A stretch of 63,210 bases of DNA, filler included, from a bacterium (GCA_024278215.1; 3 parts of 3 records of this genome joined end to end with filler, not necessarily neighbours in it), one strand, 5' to 3'. Positions 49,662 through 59,766 are shown, numbered from the whole stretch's first letter. Notes: a model not told the origin generated them from the sequence alone. Numbers and translations are program-made.

Positions 49662-50677
49662 GAACCGGACCTGTCGAACTCGATTTCGATGCACTCGACG
49701 AATTATTTGCAAAAGCCGAATCGGTTTCCGTATTCTGCCATATAAATGCCGATGGAGACGCCATCGGCGCGATGCTTGCGATGGAACTTATCCTGAAAAA
49801 TCATTATAAGAAAAACGATGTGAAACTTTTTTCGCGTGACGGTGTGCCGGAGTTTATGAAGTTTCTCCCCGGCGCGGAAAACATATATGATGCGAAAAAC
49901 GCACCGGTGGCGGCGGATGTTGATGTCGCGCTTCTTGTAGATTGCGGAACGGCAAAACGAATAGGGCGCGAATTCAGCGGCCACCTCGAAAAGGCGGGAA
50001 AGATTGCCGTGGTCGACCATCACGTGACAGACGGCGGATTCGGCGATCTCAACCTGACTGACCCGGACGCATCGTCGGCCTGTGAAGTGGTCTACCGCTT
50101 TGCCGAAAGTATTGCTGCCGTAATCGACCCGGATACGGCGACTTATCTTTACGCGGGAATTATGTACGACACGGGGCGTTTCATTCATTCGAACACAACG
50201 CCAGAAGTCTTTCGGATATGCGCCGAACTCGTGGCGGCGGGCGCGAAACCGGGCGAGATCGCCGAAAATGTTTTCAACAACAGAGCACTCTCGCACCTCA
50301 AGCTGTTGGGATACTCGCTGTCGAATATGGAGATTACCGGTGATGGAAAAATCGCTTATCTGCTTATACCAAGGACGATTTATGATGAACTCGGTGCGAC
50401 CGATGAGGATAATGAAGGTATTGTAGAACAGTTGGGCGCATATCGCGAATGCGAAGTGCACACAACCATAACGGAAACAGCAGACGGACGCACGCGAGTA
50501 AGTATGCGTTCCACGGGCAGGATAAACGTCGGTAGTATATGCGCCGAACTCGGTGGTGGCGGACATGTTTTCGCGGCAGGAGCCCGCTCCGATGATCCGC
50601 TGGAGGAAGTGGCGCGCAGAGTGCTCGAAAAAACCAGGGCCGCACTGGCAGCCCTTGACGGCACCGTCGAAAAGTGA
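49658..50677 (+). CDS. nrnA: DHH-family phosphoesterase (NrnA-like nanoRNase/pAp phosphatase)
   Basis: H.NADGDAIG, VDHH, DTGRF, GGGGH..AAG. Confidence 0.9.
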   Translation: MRTGPVELDFDALDELFAKAESVSVFCHINADGDAIGAMLAMELILKNHYKKNDVKLFSRDGVPEFMKFLPGAENIYDAKNAPVAADVDVALLVDCGTAKRIGREFSGHLEKAGKIAVVDHHVTDGGFGDLNLTDPDASSACEVVYRFAESIAAVIDPDTATYLYAGIMYDTGRFIHSNTTPEVFRICAELVAAGAKPGEIAENVFNNRALSHLKLLGYSLSNMEITGDGKIAYLLIPRTIYDELGATDEDNEGIVEQLGAYRECEVHTTITETADGRTRVSMRSTGRINVGSICAELGGGGHVFAAGARSDDPLEEVARRVLEKTRAALAALDGTVEK

Positions 50678-51396
50678 GTGCGAGAAACAGGAAAAACAAA
50701 GAGGTTGTTTTTGATAAAGACGGCCTGCTGAATGTCTTCAAACCGCCGGGGATGACATCTCACGATGTCGTCTACGCGCTGAGGCGGCGACTGAAACCGC
50801 GTAAGCTCGGACACGGCGGCACGCTCGACCCGGTCGCCTGTGGAGTGCTCGTCTGCCTTGTAAACAGGGGTACACGGCTTTCGCAGACTGTCTCAAAAAC
50901 TCCGAAAGTTTACAGGGCGCTTGCTCTGCTGGGAATAAAGACGGATACGGGAGATGTCGAAGGAAAAATCGAAGAGAAAAGCCCGGTTCGCCTCGAAGGG
51001 AAAGTAATCGAAAGCGTGCTTGCCGATTTCACAGGCGACATCGAGCAGGTGCCGCCCATGACATCCGCGATAAAAGTTGATGGCAAGCGCCTCTATAAGC
51101 TGGCACACAAGGGGATAGAGGTCGAGCGGCCTGCAAGAACGGTACATATCGAAAGACTCGAACTGGTGAGTTTCATGCCCGATCCGGAGTATCCGCGCGC
51201 GCTTCTCGAGATCGAATGTTCCGGCGGCACATACATCAGGACACTTGTCGAGGACATCGGAAACGCTCTGGGTGTGCCCGCCACGACAGCTTTCCTCGTG
51301 AGAACGGCAGTCGGGCAGTTCGATGTGCGGGATGCGGTGAATATCGAGGACATTACACTTGAGACAGCCGGCGGGCTGCTCGCTCAAATGCAGTAA
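50674..51396 (+). CDS. truB: tRNA pseudouridine(55) synthase
   Basis: KPPGMTSHDVV, GH.GTLDP, CSGGTYIRTL. Confidence 0.95.
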   Translation: MSARNRKNKEVVFDKDGLLNVFKPPGMTSHDVVYALRRRLKPRKLGHGGTLDPVACGVLVCLVNRGTRLSQTVSKTPKVYRALALLGIKTDTGDVEGKIEEKSPVRLEGKVIESVLADFTGDIEQVPPMTSAIKVDGKRLYKLAHKGIEVERPARTVHIERLELVSFMPDPEYPRALLEIECSGGTYIRTLVEDIGNALGVPATTAFLVRTAVGQFDVRDAVNIEDITLETAGGLLAQMQ

Positions 51397-51412
51397 ATGT
51401 ATTATAAATAAT

Positions 51413-51591
51413 GAGCCAATTGCAAAATTATGTTCGAAGCGAGGTCGAACGAAATTATACAGAAGCAAGGCGGAGGTGCAAAAACCCCGCAGGCGTACTT
51501 GTATAGTACGTTGAGGAAGATTTTGCGCCGACAACGCAGCTATGGATAATTGCAGCCGACCGCAGCCGAATCAGAATTTTGCAATTGGCTC
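51413..51591 (+). mobile_element. MITE family A, full-length, TSD TAAT
   Basis: Perfect TIRs flanked by TAAT on both sides; lies between truB and ribF. Confidence 0.92.
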
Positions 51592-51621
51592 TAATGAAGA
51601 GGAAAGTTCCGGAGCGGAAAA

Positions 51622-52557
51622 ATGGAGATATATCATTCTCTGGAAGATGTTCCAACCCCTGAAGAGATGAATGTCGCCCTGACGATGGGTTCATTCGACG
51701 GGGTTCATATCGGACACCAGAAAATTTTAAAGAAAGTGGCGGAGTACAGAGACCCTGGTGTGCAGGTTGCCGCAGTGGTGACATTCGAGCCACACCCGCT
51801 TGAAATTATAAGCCCAGCGGCGGCACCTTGTTTGCTTACCCCGTTGAGAGAAAAGTTGCTGCTGCTGGAAACATACAGGTTTTCGTATACCCTGGTGTTG
51901 AATTTCGACAAAGAGTTGAGCATGATGTCTCACCAGGATTTCGTCAGGGACGTACTGGTCGGAAGGCTCGGCGTAAAAAAACTGATTATCGGCCACGATG
52001 TCCACTTCGGAGCAGGTGCGGGAGGCAACGGCAAATATCTCGAATCGGCAGGCAGGGAATTGGGCTTCAGCACGGAAATTGTGGCGCCCGTCAAGAACAG
52101 TGGTAAAATCATAAGCAGCACGGCAATAAGAACCACGTTAAAAGAAAAAGGTGACGTGCGGATCGCAAAAGCCATGCTGGGACGGCCTTACGCTATTACC
52201 GGAAAAGTTGTTAAAGGTATCGGACTGGGCAGGAAACTGGGAGTTCCAACTGCCAACATAGCGACTTATCCGAAAAAACTCATGCCGCTGTACGGTGTCT
52301 ACGCCGCTTACGCGGAAGTGGGCGACAGGCGCGTCAAAGCAGTCGCCAACATTGGTGTGCGCCCCACGATACCGATGAAAAAACCGGTTTTGTGCATCGA
52401 GGCACATCTTCTGGACTTTTCGGAAGATATTTATGACGAGAAAATGACGATCGAATTTGTCAGGTTCCTTCGCCCCGAAAAGAAGTTCGACAATGTCAAG
52501 CTATTACTCGCGCAGATGCAAAAAGATATTGCTATTGCATCTACGGTCTTGAAATAA
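51622..52557 (+). CDS. ribF: Bifunctional riboflavin kinase/FAD synthetase
   Basis: G.FDGVHIGHQ, TFEPHP, ISST.IR, GRKLG.PTAN, IEAHLLDF. Confidence 0.96.
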   Translation: MEIYHSLEDVPTPEEMNVALTMGSFDGVHIGHQKILKKVAEYRDPGVQVAAVVTFEPHPLEIISPAAAPCLLTPLREKLLLLETYRFSYTLVLNFDKELSMMSHQDFVRDVLVGRLGVKKLIIGHDVHFGAGAGGNGKYLESAGRELGFSTEIVAPVKNSGKIISSTAIRTTLKEKGDVRIAKAMLGRPYAITGKVVKGIGLGRKLGVPTANIATYPKKLMPLYGVYAAYAEVGDRRVKAVANIGVRPTIPMKKPVLCIEAHLLDFSEDIYDEKMTIEFVRFLRPEKKFDNVKLLLAQMQKDIAIASTVLK

Positions 52558-52633
52558 TAGAATATAAAATTGGCTTAAAGCAGGAGGAACCATATATGTG
52601 TGGTTTCCGCAAGAATGAAAAGGAGGTGAAACT

Positions 52634-52903
52634 ATGCCGCTGGACCTGGAAAGCAAATCTGAAATCATTGGAAAATATAAACTCCATGAAACCGATTCAG
52701 GCTCGCCTGAAGTTCAGATAGCACTGCTCACCGAGAGGATCAATGTGCTCACCGAGCACCTGAAACAGAACAAGAAAGATCACAGCTCGAGACGCGGTCT
52801 GCTCAAGATGGTAGGCAGGAGAAGAAAACTTCTCAACTATCTGACACAAGTGGACGCAAGGCGTTACGACAGGATCATCAAAGAACTCGGCCTGCGCAAA
52901 TAA
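52634..52903 (+). CDS. rpsO: 30S ribosomal protein S15
   Basis: [39 protein letters not shown]. Confidence 0.97.
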   Translation: MPLDLESKSEIIGKYKLHETDSGSPEVQIALLTERINVLTEHLKQNKKDHSSRRGLLKMVGRRRKLLNYLTQVDARRYDRIIKELGLRK

Positions 52904-53217
52904 GCGTTATTTATCATACGGAGCTTTTTTCGTGCAGGTCTCGTGCGGCGTGTTTTGCCCTGTGTGCAATACATGCCGCTGAGTTGCGAATCATTCACCG
53001 GGGAGGTGTCTTACAGACAGGTAATCGCAGGAATTGAATTACACGGTCTGTGATTCTGCGATGTAGTGCGCGTGAGATGAAATCACCGATGAATATAATA
53101 TATTACAAAAAGAGTTTTTAACGCGGGGGTTTTGCAGGGGTGTCGACACCCCAAACAACTGGACTGTTAACAAGTACTTTTTGAATGAAGAGGGCAAATG
53201 CCCCGGAGGAGATTTAA

Positions 53218-55419
53218 ATGGATAGTTATAATGCAAGTGTAATGCTCGGAGATAAGGAACTTCAGATAGGAACCGGGCTCGTCGCTAAACAGGCGCACGG
53301 CGCAACGCTCGTACGCTACGGAGACTCGGTCATCCTGGTCACCGCCACGCATTCGCACAGCGAAACGAACCGGGATTATTTCCCGCTGATGGTGGATTTC
53401 GAAGAAAAAATGTATGCCGCGGGCAAGATTCCCGGCGGCTTCATAAAGAGGGAAGGGCGGTCATCGGATCATTCAGTCGTGTCGGCAAGGCTGGTCGACA
53501 GGGCCATCAGACCGCTGTTCCCCAAAGATTACAAATACGAAGTGCAGGTTATTTGCCTTGCGCTATCGTCTGATATGGAAAACCCGCTCGACGTATGTGC
53601 CCTCTCCGGCGCTTCGGTCGCGCTCGGCATCTCGGAAATACCGTTCGCCGAACCTGTGGCCGCCGTGCGTGTCGGTCGGGTCGACGGTGAATTTGTGGTC
53701 AACCCTACCTTCCAGCAGATAGAAGACGGCGACCTGGACATGGTAGTCGCCGGGACCGAAGACGCTATCATGATGGTCGAAGGCGAATCGAAACTCATCA
53801 CCGAAAGCGAGTTTCTCGCTGCTCTCGATTTCGCTCGCGGGCAGATCGACAAGATCATTCCGATGCAGAAAGAAATCATCGAGAATATGGCCAGGCCGAA
53901 GATGGAATATGAAAAACATGTTCCGGACGAGGAATTGATCAAACAGGTATATGAATTCGCGGAAGCCAGGGTTGCAGCCGCTCTCGACGGCATGGAAAAG
54001 AAAGCGCGCGAAAAAGAGATGTCGCTGATTACCGATGAAGCAGTCGAGAAGTTCGCCACAGTGGACGGAGAAGTCGACGCTTCGAAAGCAGGTGATGTGC
54101 GTAACGCTGTCGAGGATACGGAAAAACGCATGATGCGCAAAATGATCAAAGAAAAAGGCATACGCGCCGATGGAAGGAAACTCGACGAAATACGACCGAT
54201 ATCATGCGAAGTAGGGCTTCTGCCGCGCCCGCACGGTTCGGCGCTCTTCACGCGCGGACAGACACAGGTTCTCTCTATCGTCACACTCGCCTCGCGCGGC
54301 GAATCCCAGCGTATCGATGGTATCAGTCACGACGAAAAAAGACCGTATTATCACCAGTACAACTTTCCGCCGTTCAGCGTCGGCGAAGTGCGCCCCATGC
54401 GCGGACCCTCCCGCAGAGACATTGGACACGGTACACTGGCCGAACGCGCTCTCATTGCCATGCAGCCGAGTGAAGACGAATTCCCCTACGCAGTGCGCGT
54501 GGTATCCGAAGTGCTCGAAAGCAACGGCTCCAGCTCCATGGCAAGCGTATGCGGCAGCTCGCTCTCCCTGCTCGACGCCGGAGTGCCTATCAAGCATCTC
54601 GTCAGCGGCATCGCCATGGGCCTGATAGTCGACGAAGAAGACAACTCGTACAACATCCTCACAGACATACAGGGACTCGAGGACCACGATGGCGACATGG
54701 ATTTTAAAGTCGCCGGCACACGTGAGGGCATCACCGCAGTGCAGATGGACATCAAGGTAAAAGGCATTCCGAAACAGATAATGCAGGAGGCGATGGAAAA
54801 AGCAAAAGCGGCACGTCTCTTCATTCTCGACAAGATGGAAGCCACTATCAGCGAACCCCGCAAGGAACTTTCTCCCTACGCACCTCGCTTCCTGACCGTT
54901 CAGGTCGATATCGAAAAGATCGGCACGGTCATCGGCCCCAGCGGGAAAACAGTGCGCGGCATTGTAGACGAAACAGGCGCTCAGATCGACATCGAAGACG
55001 ACGGTCGCATCTTCATCTACGGCAAAGACTCCGAAGCTGTCGAGAAAGCAAAAACCATGATCGAGGCACTCGTCGAGGAAGTAGTCATCGGGAAGATATA
55101 TACCGGCGCAGTGAAACGCATAGTAAGCTTCGGCGCTTTCGTCGAGATACTACCCGGCACCGATGGACTCGTACACATAAGCCAGCTTGCAGAGGGCAGG
55201 ATCGAGCGTGTCGAAGATGTAGTCAACATCGGCGACGAAGTCAAAGTCAAAGTGCGCGAGGTCGACGACTTCGGCCGGGTCAACCTGACCATGTTGCTCG
55301 ACAGCGACACGAAACCACGCCACGACGGACCGCCCCGCGGCGGTAACAGGCGCGACGACAGCAGGCACAGCGGCAGCCGCAACGACAGGGACCGCAGGAA
55401 ACCGCCCCCGAGACGCTGA
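53218..55419 (+). CDS. pnp: Polyribonucleotide nucleotidyltransferase
   Basis: GKIPGGF.KREGR, ESNGSSSMASVC, GDMDFKVAG, KH and S1 domains. Confidence 0.97.
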   Translation: MDSYNASVMLGDKELQIGTGLVAKQAHGATLVRYGDSVILVTATHSHSETNRDYFPLMVDFEEKMYAAGKIPGGFIKREGRSSDHSVVSARLVDRAIRPLFPKDYKYEVQVICLALSSDMENPLDVCALSGASVALGISEIPFAEPVAAVRVGRVDGEFVVNPTFQQIEDGDLDMVVAGTEDAIMMVEGESKLITESEFLAALDFARGQIDKIIPMQKEIIENMARPKMEYEKHVPDEELIKQVYEFAEARVAAALDGMEKKAREKEMSLITDEAVEKFATVDGEVDASKAGDVRNAVEDTEKRMMRKMIKEKGIRADGRKLDEIRPISCEVGLLPRPHGSALFTRGQTQVLSIVTLASRGESQRIDGISHDEKRPYYHQYNFPPFSVGEVRPMRGPSRRDIGHGTLAERALIAMQPSEDEFPYAVRVVSEVLESNGSSSMASVCGSSLSLLDAGVPIKHLVSGIAMGLIVDEEDNSYNILTDIQGLEDHDGDMDFKVAGTREGITAVQMDIKVKGIPKQIMQEAMEKAKAARLFILDKMEATISEPRKELSPYAPRFLTVQVDIEKIGTVIGPSGKTVRGIVDETGAQIDIEDDGRIFIYGKDSEAVEKAKTMIEALVEEVVIGKIYTGAVKRIVSFGAFVEILPGTDGLVHISQLAEGRIERVEDVVNIGDEVKVKVREVDDFGRVNLTMLLDSDTKPRHDGPPRGGNRRDDSRHSGSRNDRDRRKPPPRR

Positions 55420-55428
55420 CTCTGAATC

Positions 55429-55457
55429 CAACCCGCATATTTTACCAATACGGGCTA
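55429..55457 (+). repeat. Solo family-B left-end palindrome
   Basis: CAACCCGCATATTTTACCAATACGGGCTA matches the left end of family B. Confidence 0.7.
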
Positions 55458-55492
55458 AAGATAGATATATGAATGCTTCGCTCTCAGTCAAC

Positions 55493-55526
55493 AAACACCC
55501 TCATATCGCCTGGGGGTGTTTTATTT
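55493..55526 (+). terminator. Intrinsic terminator after pnp
   Basis: AAACACCCTCA-loop-TGGGGGTGTTTTATTT. Confidence 0.65.
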
Positions 55527-55936
55527 AAAAGATTATTTGTATTCAGGAATCGTTAATTGTCAGGGAAATCGTATCTTGCAGTCTGTCACAAGTATTTCGC
55601 GCGGAACTTATTCCCAACTGGTAATGTAACTGTTCACGGGGGGCTGGACATAATGCGTTAAACACCTGGAGGTTCTTCGCTTCGCTCTGAATGACACCCA
55701 CGGATTTTAAGTTTAGCGGCACTATCAGAAAATCCTGGAATACAAAAACGTCAGTTTTTGCGAAATGCGACTTTTTCACAGTTGCAGCGATACAGTCGTT
55801 GCATTCCAGGAATTTCAGATGTTCCATTGCGAACGGTTGCCTGTGAACGGATACCTGGTAATAATGATTGTTTTCAACAGGCAATGTTGTAAGGCTGCGG
55901 TTCTTTAATATAAAGAACGCAATAGGAGGAGCGGAT

Positions 55937-56338
55937 ATGCTTTTTAAAAAAGTAAAGGAAATTGAAGAAGCATACGAAATGGGAGAGCCCATTTCACAGG
56001 AAGACCTCTCCGGTGAGTATTATGTTGTGGTGCCGTGGTTCCCATGGTTATCGCTCGAATTACTGAAGCACCGCAAGTCCGTTGGCGAAGACGGCAACGG
56101 CGCGAATGTCATCGCAGGCGGATTGCGTTTCGGCGATTTCGAACTTGTCGAGGAAGACGACGCATTGCTCATAGACTACGACCAGCCGGGAAACGGTTTT
56201 GCGATGCGCGGTGTGGTCGACAGGCTCCGAAAGCTCGATGATGGCCGTATCATCGGAAAATTGTCGTATAAAGTGCTTGGGAAGGAAGTCTTTCTGATGT
56301 ACTTCCGGATGGTACCGAAAGACGAATACGAAAAATGA
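55937..56338 (+). CDS. Hypothetical protein (133 aa)
   Basis: Strong RBS AGGAGGAG before ATG 55937; coding-like composition. Confidence 0.75.
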   Translation: MLFKKVKEIEEAYEMGEPISQEDLSGEYYVVVPWFPWLSLELLKHRKSVGEDGNGANVIAGGLRFGDFELVEEDDALLIDYDQPGNGFAMRGVVDRLRKLDDGRIIGKLSYKVLGKEVFLMYFRMVPKDEYEK

Positions 56339-56387
56339 ACTCGAAACATTTATGAACATTGATAAGGAGTATAGACAGCATAAATTG

Positions 56388-57686
56388 ATGAATAATAACT
56401 TCAGCAGATATACGCTCGAATGTGGAGCCACTGTACTTACCGAACATCTGCCCCATGCCCGCACCGTGTCGGTCGGTGTCTGGCTCGGCTACGGCTCCAG
56501 GCTCGAGGAAAAGAAATACCACGGCGCGGCACACTTCATCGAGCACATGCTCTTCAAGGGCACTCCCGGCAAAACACCCAGAGACCTCGCCCTCGCGTTC
56601 GAATCCGTCGGTGGCTCATTCAACGCATCGGCATCGAAAGAAAACACTAATCTTTATGCCCGTATGCTCTCCGACCACCTGCCACTCGCCATTAACCTGC
56701 TATGTGACATGGCTTCGAAATCGACGTTTCCATCCGAAGAGTTCGACCGCGAAAAACTTGTCGTGCTCGAAGAAATACTGGCGCATCTGGACGAACCTGA
56801 AGAAGTTGCCTACGACATATTTATCGATACAATATACGGCAACAACGGCATAGGACACCCGATACTCGGCACGGAAGAAACTGTCAGGAACCTGACACGC
56901 GACGGTCTTTACGAACTTTATAGAAAATATTATCGCCCCTCGCATCTTGTTGTCGCAGTCGCCGGAAACATCGAGTCCTATAACGTCCCGGCCCTTGTCG
57001 CCGATGCGCTGAAAGCCGACGACAGGCCGTCGTGCAACGTGCTTGGGAGCACACACGAAAGCCCCGACTTCTCCTTCCGCACACGGCTTGTCGCCCGCGA
57101 CACTCATCAGGTATATTTCTATCTCGGTATGCCGGGTGTGCCGTACAAAAGCAGCGACCGCTACGTCTACGCCATCCTCGACATGATCCTCAGCGGTGGC
57201 ATGAGCAGCAGGCTCTTCCAGGAAGTCCGTGAAAAACGCGGCCTCGTATACGACATCGCAAGCGAAAACACAAGCTATAGCGACACGGGCTTTTTCAACA
57301 TTTACGCCGCCACCAGCCGCAGTAATATCGAGGAGGTGCTCGAAGTCACCACAGACGAACTTTGCAAAGTGCGCGACGGCGACATTGCAGAACACGAACT
57401 TCGACGGGTCAAGCAGCAACTCCGCGCATATATGCTCATGAGCCTCGAAAGCGTCAACAGCCGTATGATGAAACTCGCCCGCTGCGAACTCTACTACGGA
57501 AGGAACCTCTCCGACGAAGAAATACTCGACATGATCACAGGAGTCACACTCGACGACATTGTGCGTATCGCGCGCTCGATTCTGAATCGTGATAATATGG
57601 TATTCTCCGCACTTGGCCCCTTCGACAAAAAAGACGGTGCAAAGCTCGAATCCGTGATCGCAGGAATTTTGGAAAAATTATTGTAA
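56388..57686 (+). CDS. M16 (pitrilysin) family zinc peptidase
   Basis: HFIEH (HxxEH), GGMSSRLFQEVREKRGLVY; start uncertain. Confidence 0.93.
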   Translation: MNNNFSRYTLECGATVLTEHLPHARTVSVGVWLGYGSRLEEKKYHGAAHFIEHMLFKGTPGKTPRDLALAFESVGGSFNASASKENTNLYARMLSDHLPLAINLLCDMASKSTFPSEEFDREKLVVLEEILAHLDEPEEVAYDIFIDTIYGNNGIGHPILGTEETVRNLTRDGLYELYRKYYRPSHLVVAVAGNIESYNVPALVADALKADDRPSCNVLGSTHESPDFSFRTRLVARDTHQVYFYLGMPGVPYKSSDRYVYAILDMILSGGMSSRLFQEVREKRGLVYDIASENTSYSDTGFFNIYAATSRSNIEEVLEVTTDELCKVRDGDIAEHELRRVKQQLRAYMLMSLESVNSRMMKLARCELYYGRNLSDEEILDMITGVTLDDIVRIARSILNRDNMVFSALGPFDKKDGAKLESVIAGILEKLL

Positions 57687-57753
57687 AAACGCGATTCTGT
57701 AGCTATTTTATATAGTGGCGTTCGGGCAGTCACGGACGTGCGAAAAGAAACAT

Positions 57754-57829
57754 CGGAGTGTAGCTCAGCCAGGTTTAGAGCGCTGCGTTCGGGACGCAGA
57801 GGCCGGAAGTTCGAATCTTCTCACTCCGA
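57754..57829 (+). tRNA. tRNA-Pro(CGG)
   Basis: Acceptor CGGAGTG/CACTCCG, anticodon arm CTGCG-TTCGGGA-CGCAG, T arm GGAAG-TTCGAAT-CTTCT. Confidence 0.95.
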
Positions 57830-57835
57830 CTCCAC

Positions 57836-57860
57836 AAAAGCCCCACACCGTGGGGCTTTT
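57836..57860 (+). terminator. Intrinsic (bidirectional-type) terminator after tRNA
   Basis: AAAAGCCCCAC-ACC-GTGGGGCTTTT. Confidence 0.82.
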
Positions 57861-57897
57861 GCATTTCTCTGTTTTCCTTTGTACGGGCATCGCATTT

Positions 57898-57955
57898 TAT
57901 CCCGCATATTTCACAAATGCGGTTTCCCGGATCTCTTTGTGAGAAATCCGGGTTA
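57898..57955 (+). mobile_element. MITE family B, internally deleted derivative (58 bp, ends only)
   Basis: TA-TCCCGCATATTTCACAAATGCGG fused directly to CCGGATCTCTTTGTGAGAAATCCGGGT-TA. Confidence 0.82.
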
Positions 57956-58262
57956 TCTGATCTTCACATCCTTATCCCGTATTGTGCAAGATCGAAAAGA
58001 GGGGCGTTTTTGTGGGGACAATGCCTATTGGCGACATTTGCATTTTTTACAGTGCGGGAATTTGAAAAAAAACTTCCGCTTGTTCATCATAGATTGTTGA
58101 CAGTACGCAACTCGCCGGTTTTGAGGCGGCTTCCGGTGACCGCGACTGCGCATATATTACGCAATAAATGTTTGTGCGAACACAGGTTGAAGCGCGGCAC
58201 GGTGACCTCGCCCTTGTCTACACCTTTTCCGCGACTGTGGCACCTCTTCCGGGCGTTCGCTG

Positions 58263-59573
58263 CTACTCGCTTCGCAGCATGGCGTTCCGCATTTCACTTT
58301 TTACTATTGATGTCCCTTGATCAGTGACAATACGCGCGAAGCAGTCGTACATTTCATCAGGGATGATGCCTTCGAGTATCAAGGGTATAGTAAGAGTAAT
58401 CGAGTAAATGCCGTCGCCGGCTTTTGCGTCGCCGCGAAGGCCGTCGTCTTTGAGTTCGAACCAGTAGTCAATAGCAGGGAAAACCGCTTCCACTTTCAAG
58501 GTGTCGGCAAGTGCGGCGGAAGGCACGGCGGAGAACGAAACCCGACGTTCCTGCCCCTCGCCGCGTGCCACCAGATTGAACTCGATCTTATATTTGCCGG
58601 GGAATGTATTTTCGACCGGCACTCCGACTTTCTTTCTCCTTTTTTTCGCATGTTTCAGGAATTTCGAGAACCACTTGATCGAGTGTTCGAGTACTTTGTC
58701 GAATGGAGGTATGTGGCCGGAATCGTACCATATAATTTTTTTCGGCTGCCCGGCTGCGTCGAACAGAGCCTGTGCCGCGCTGGGCGGAACGACATTGTCG
58801 TTTTTACCGTTGAGCATCAGTAGCGGACGCGGCGCAAAATTCGCGATGTGATTCACCGGGTCAACCGCCTTGAATTTCGCTGCTACTTCGCTGAGAGGAA
58901 CATCGGAAGTTTCACGCAGGAGAATAAAAGGCAGAAGACTGGAGTCGCGCATAATGATCTCGAAGTTGCCGCCGCCGACGAGCATGACGGCGGTGACGAT
59001 TCGCTTGTCGATACTAACAAACGGTGCACCGATCAGCACGCCCATGCTGATGCCGAGATATCCTATTCGGTCGGAGTCGATCTCGGGCAGAGTTTCGAGG
59101 TAGTCGATACCCCGCCGGTTGTCGACTATACTCTGCATCAGCACCTCGCGCATCGTGTAATAGCGTCTGCCGAGGATGTCCATACCCTTGATCGCGCGTT
59201 CGCCGTGATACTGTGCGTCGACAGCAAGTGTTGCGTAACCGCGGCTGGCGAAATAGCCGTAAACCATATCGAAATCCTGCTTCGAGCCGCCGAGTCCGTG
59301 ACCGACCATAATGCACGGGAAAGGCTTTTTACCTTTTGCGGGAATTGTCAGCCAGCCCGGCACTCGCTGATTGTTCGTACTCGTATATTCAATGTGATAT
59401 CGCTCATACATCTGGTTTTTAAGCATCGGTTCGCGTGTTGGATTAAGCGGAGTTCCCCTGTCGTATTCGAATAGTTGCGATGCTGGTATCATGAGTTCGT
59501 CATCGGCAGACAATGCGATAGCCGCAACGGCGACTAACAGTATAGGAAGCATAGTTAACGTTTTTCTGTACAT
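58263..59573 (-). CDS. Secreted alpha/beta hydrolase (acetyl-xylan esterase/peptidase S9-like) with choice-of-anchor-X-like C-terminal domain
   Basis: Signal peptide, GYLGISMG, NG..D.VVP, SGH; C-terminal LKDDG..GD..AGDGIYS. Confidence 0.82.
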   Translation of the reverse strand: MYRKTLTMLPILLVAVAAIALSADDELMIPASQLFEYDRGTPLNPTREPMLKNQMYERYHIEYTSTNNQRVPGWLTIPAKGKKPFPCIMVGHGLGGSKQDFDMVYGYFASRGYATLAVDAQYHGERAIKGMDILGRRYYTMREVLMQSIVDNRRGIDYLETLPEIDSDRIGYLGISMGVLIGAPFVSIDKRIVTAVMLVGGGNFEIIMRDSSLLPFILLRETSDVPLSEVAAKFKAVDPVNHIANFAPRPLLMLNGKNDNVVPPSAAQALFDAAGQPKKIIWYDSGHIPPFDKVLEHSIKWFSKFLKHAKKRRKKVGVPVENTFPGKYKIEFNLVARGEGQERRVSFSAVPSAALADTLKVEAVFPAIDYWFELKDDGLRGDAKAGDGIYSITLTIPLILEGIIPDEMYDCFARIVTDQGTSIVKSEMRNAMLRSE

Positions 59574-59717
59574 TTGTGAGATGGTCCCTTCGCGAATCAA
59601 CGGAAAGATAATATAAAGCCTTTTGTGCCGAGTTGCGAACATGATTCTGTAATCGGCTCATTTATCGACAGATTATATCACGATGAAACGATGATTGGAA
59701 TATCGGATATTGCAGTG

Positions 59718-59766
59718 GAGCCAATTGCGGTCGAACACGGCAGAATCAGAATATTGCAATTGGCTC
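59718..59766 (+). mobile_element. MITE family A, minimal derivative (49 bp)
   Basis: GAGCCAATTGC ... CAGAATCAGAATATTGCAATTGGCTC; flanks AGTG/TGTG. Confidence 0.78.

Noticed and set aside
50674-51396. truB truncated by the adjacent MITE
   Set aside because: The stop lies 16 bp before the element and the TSD is intact; short TruB lacking the PUA domain is common.
57754-58262. tRNA-Pro as an island integration site
   Set aside because: No integrase and no duplicated tRNA 3' end in the window; the absence of an immediately encoded CCA is unremarkable.
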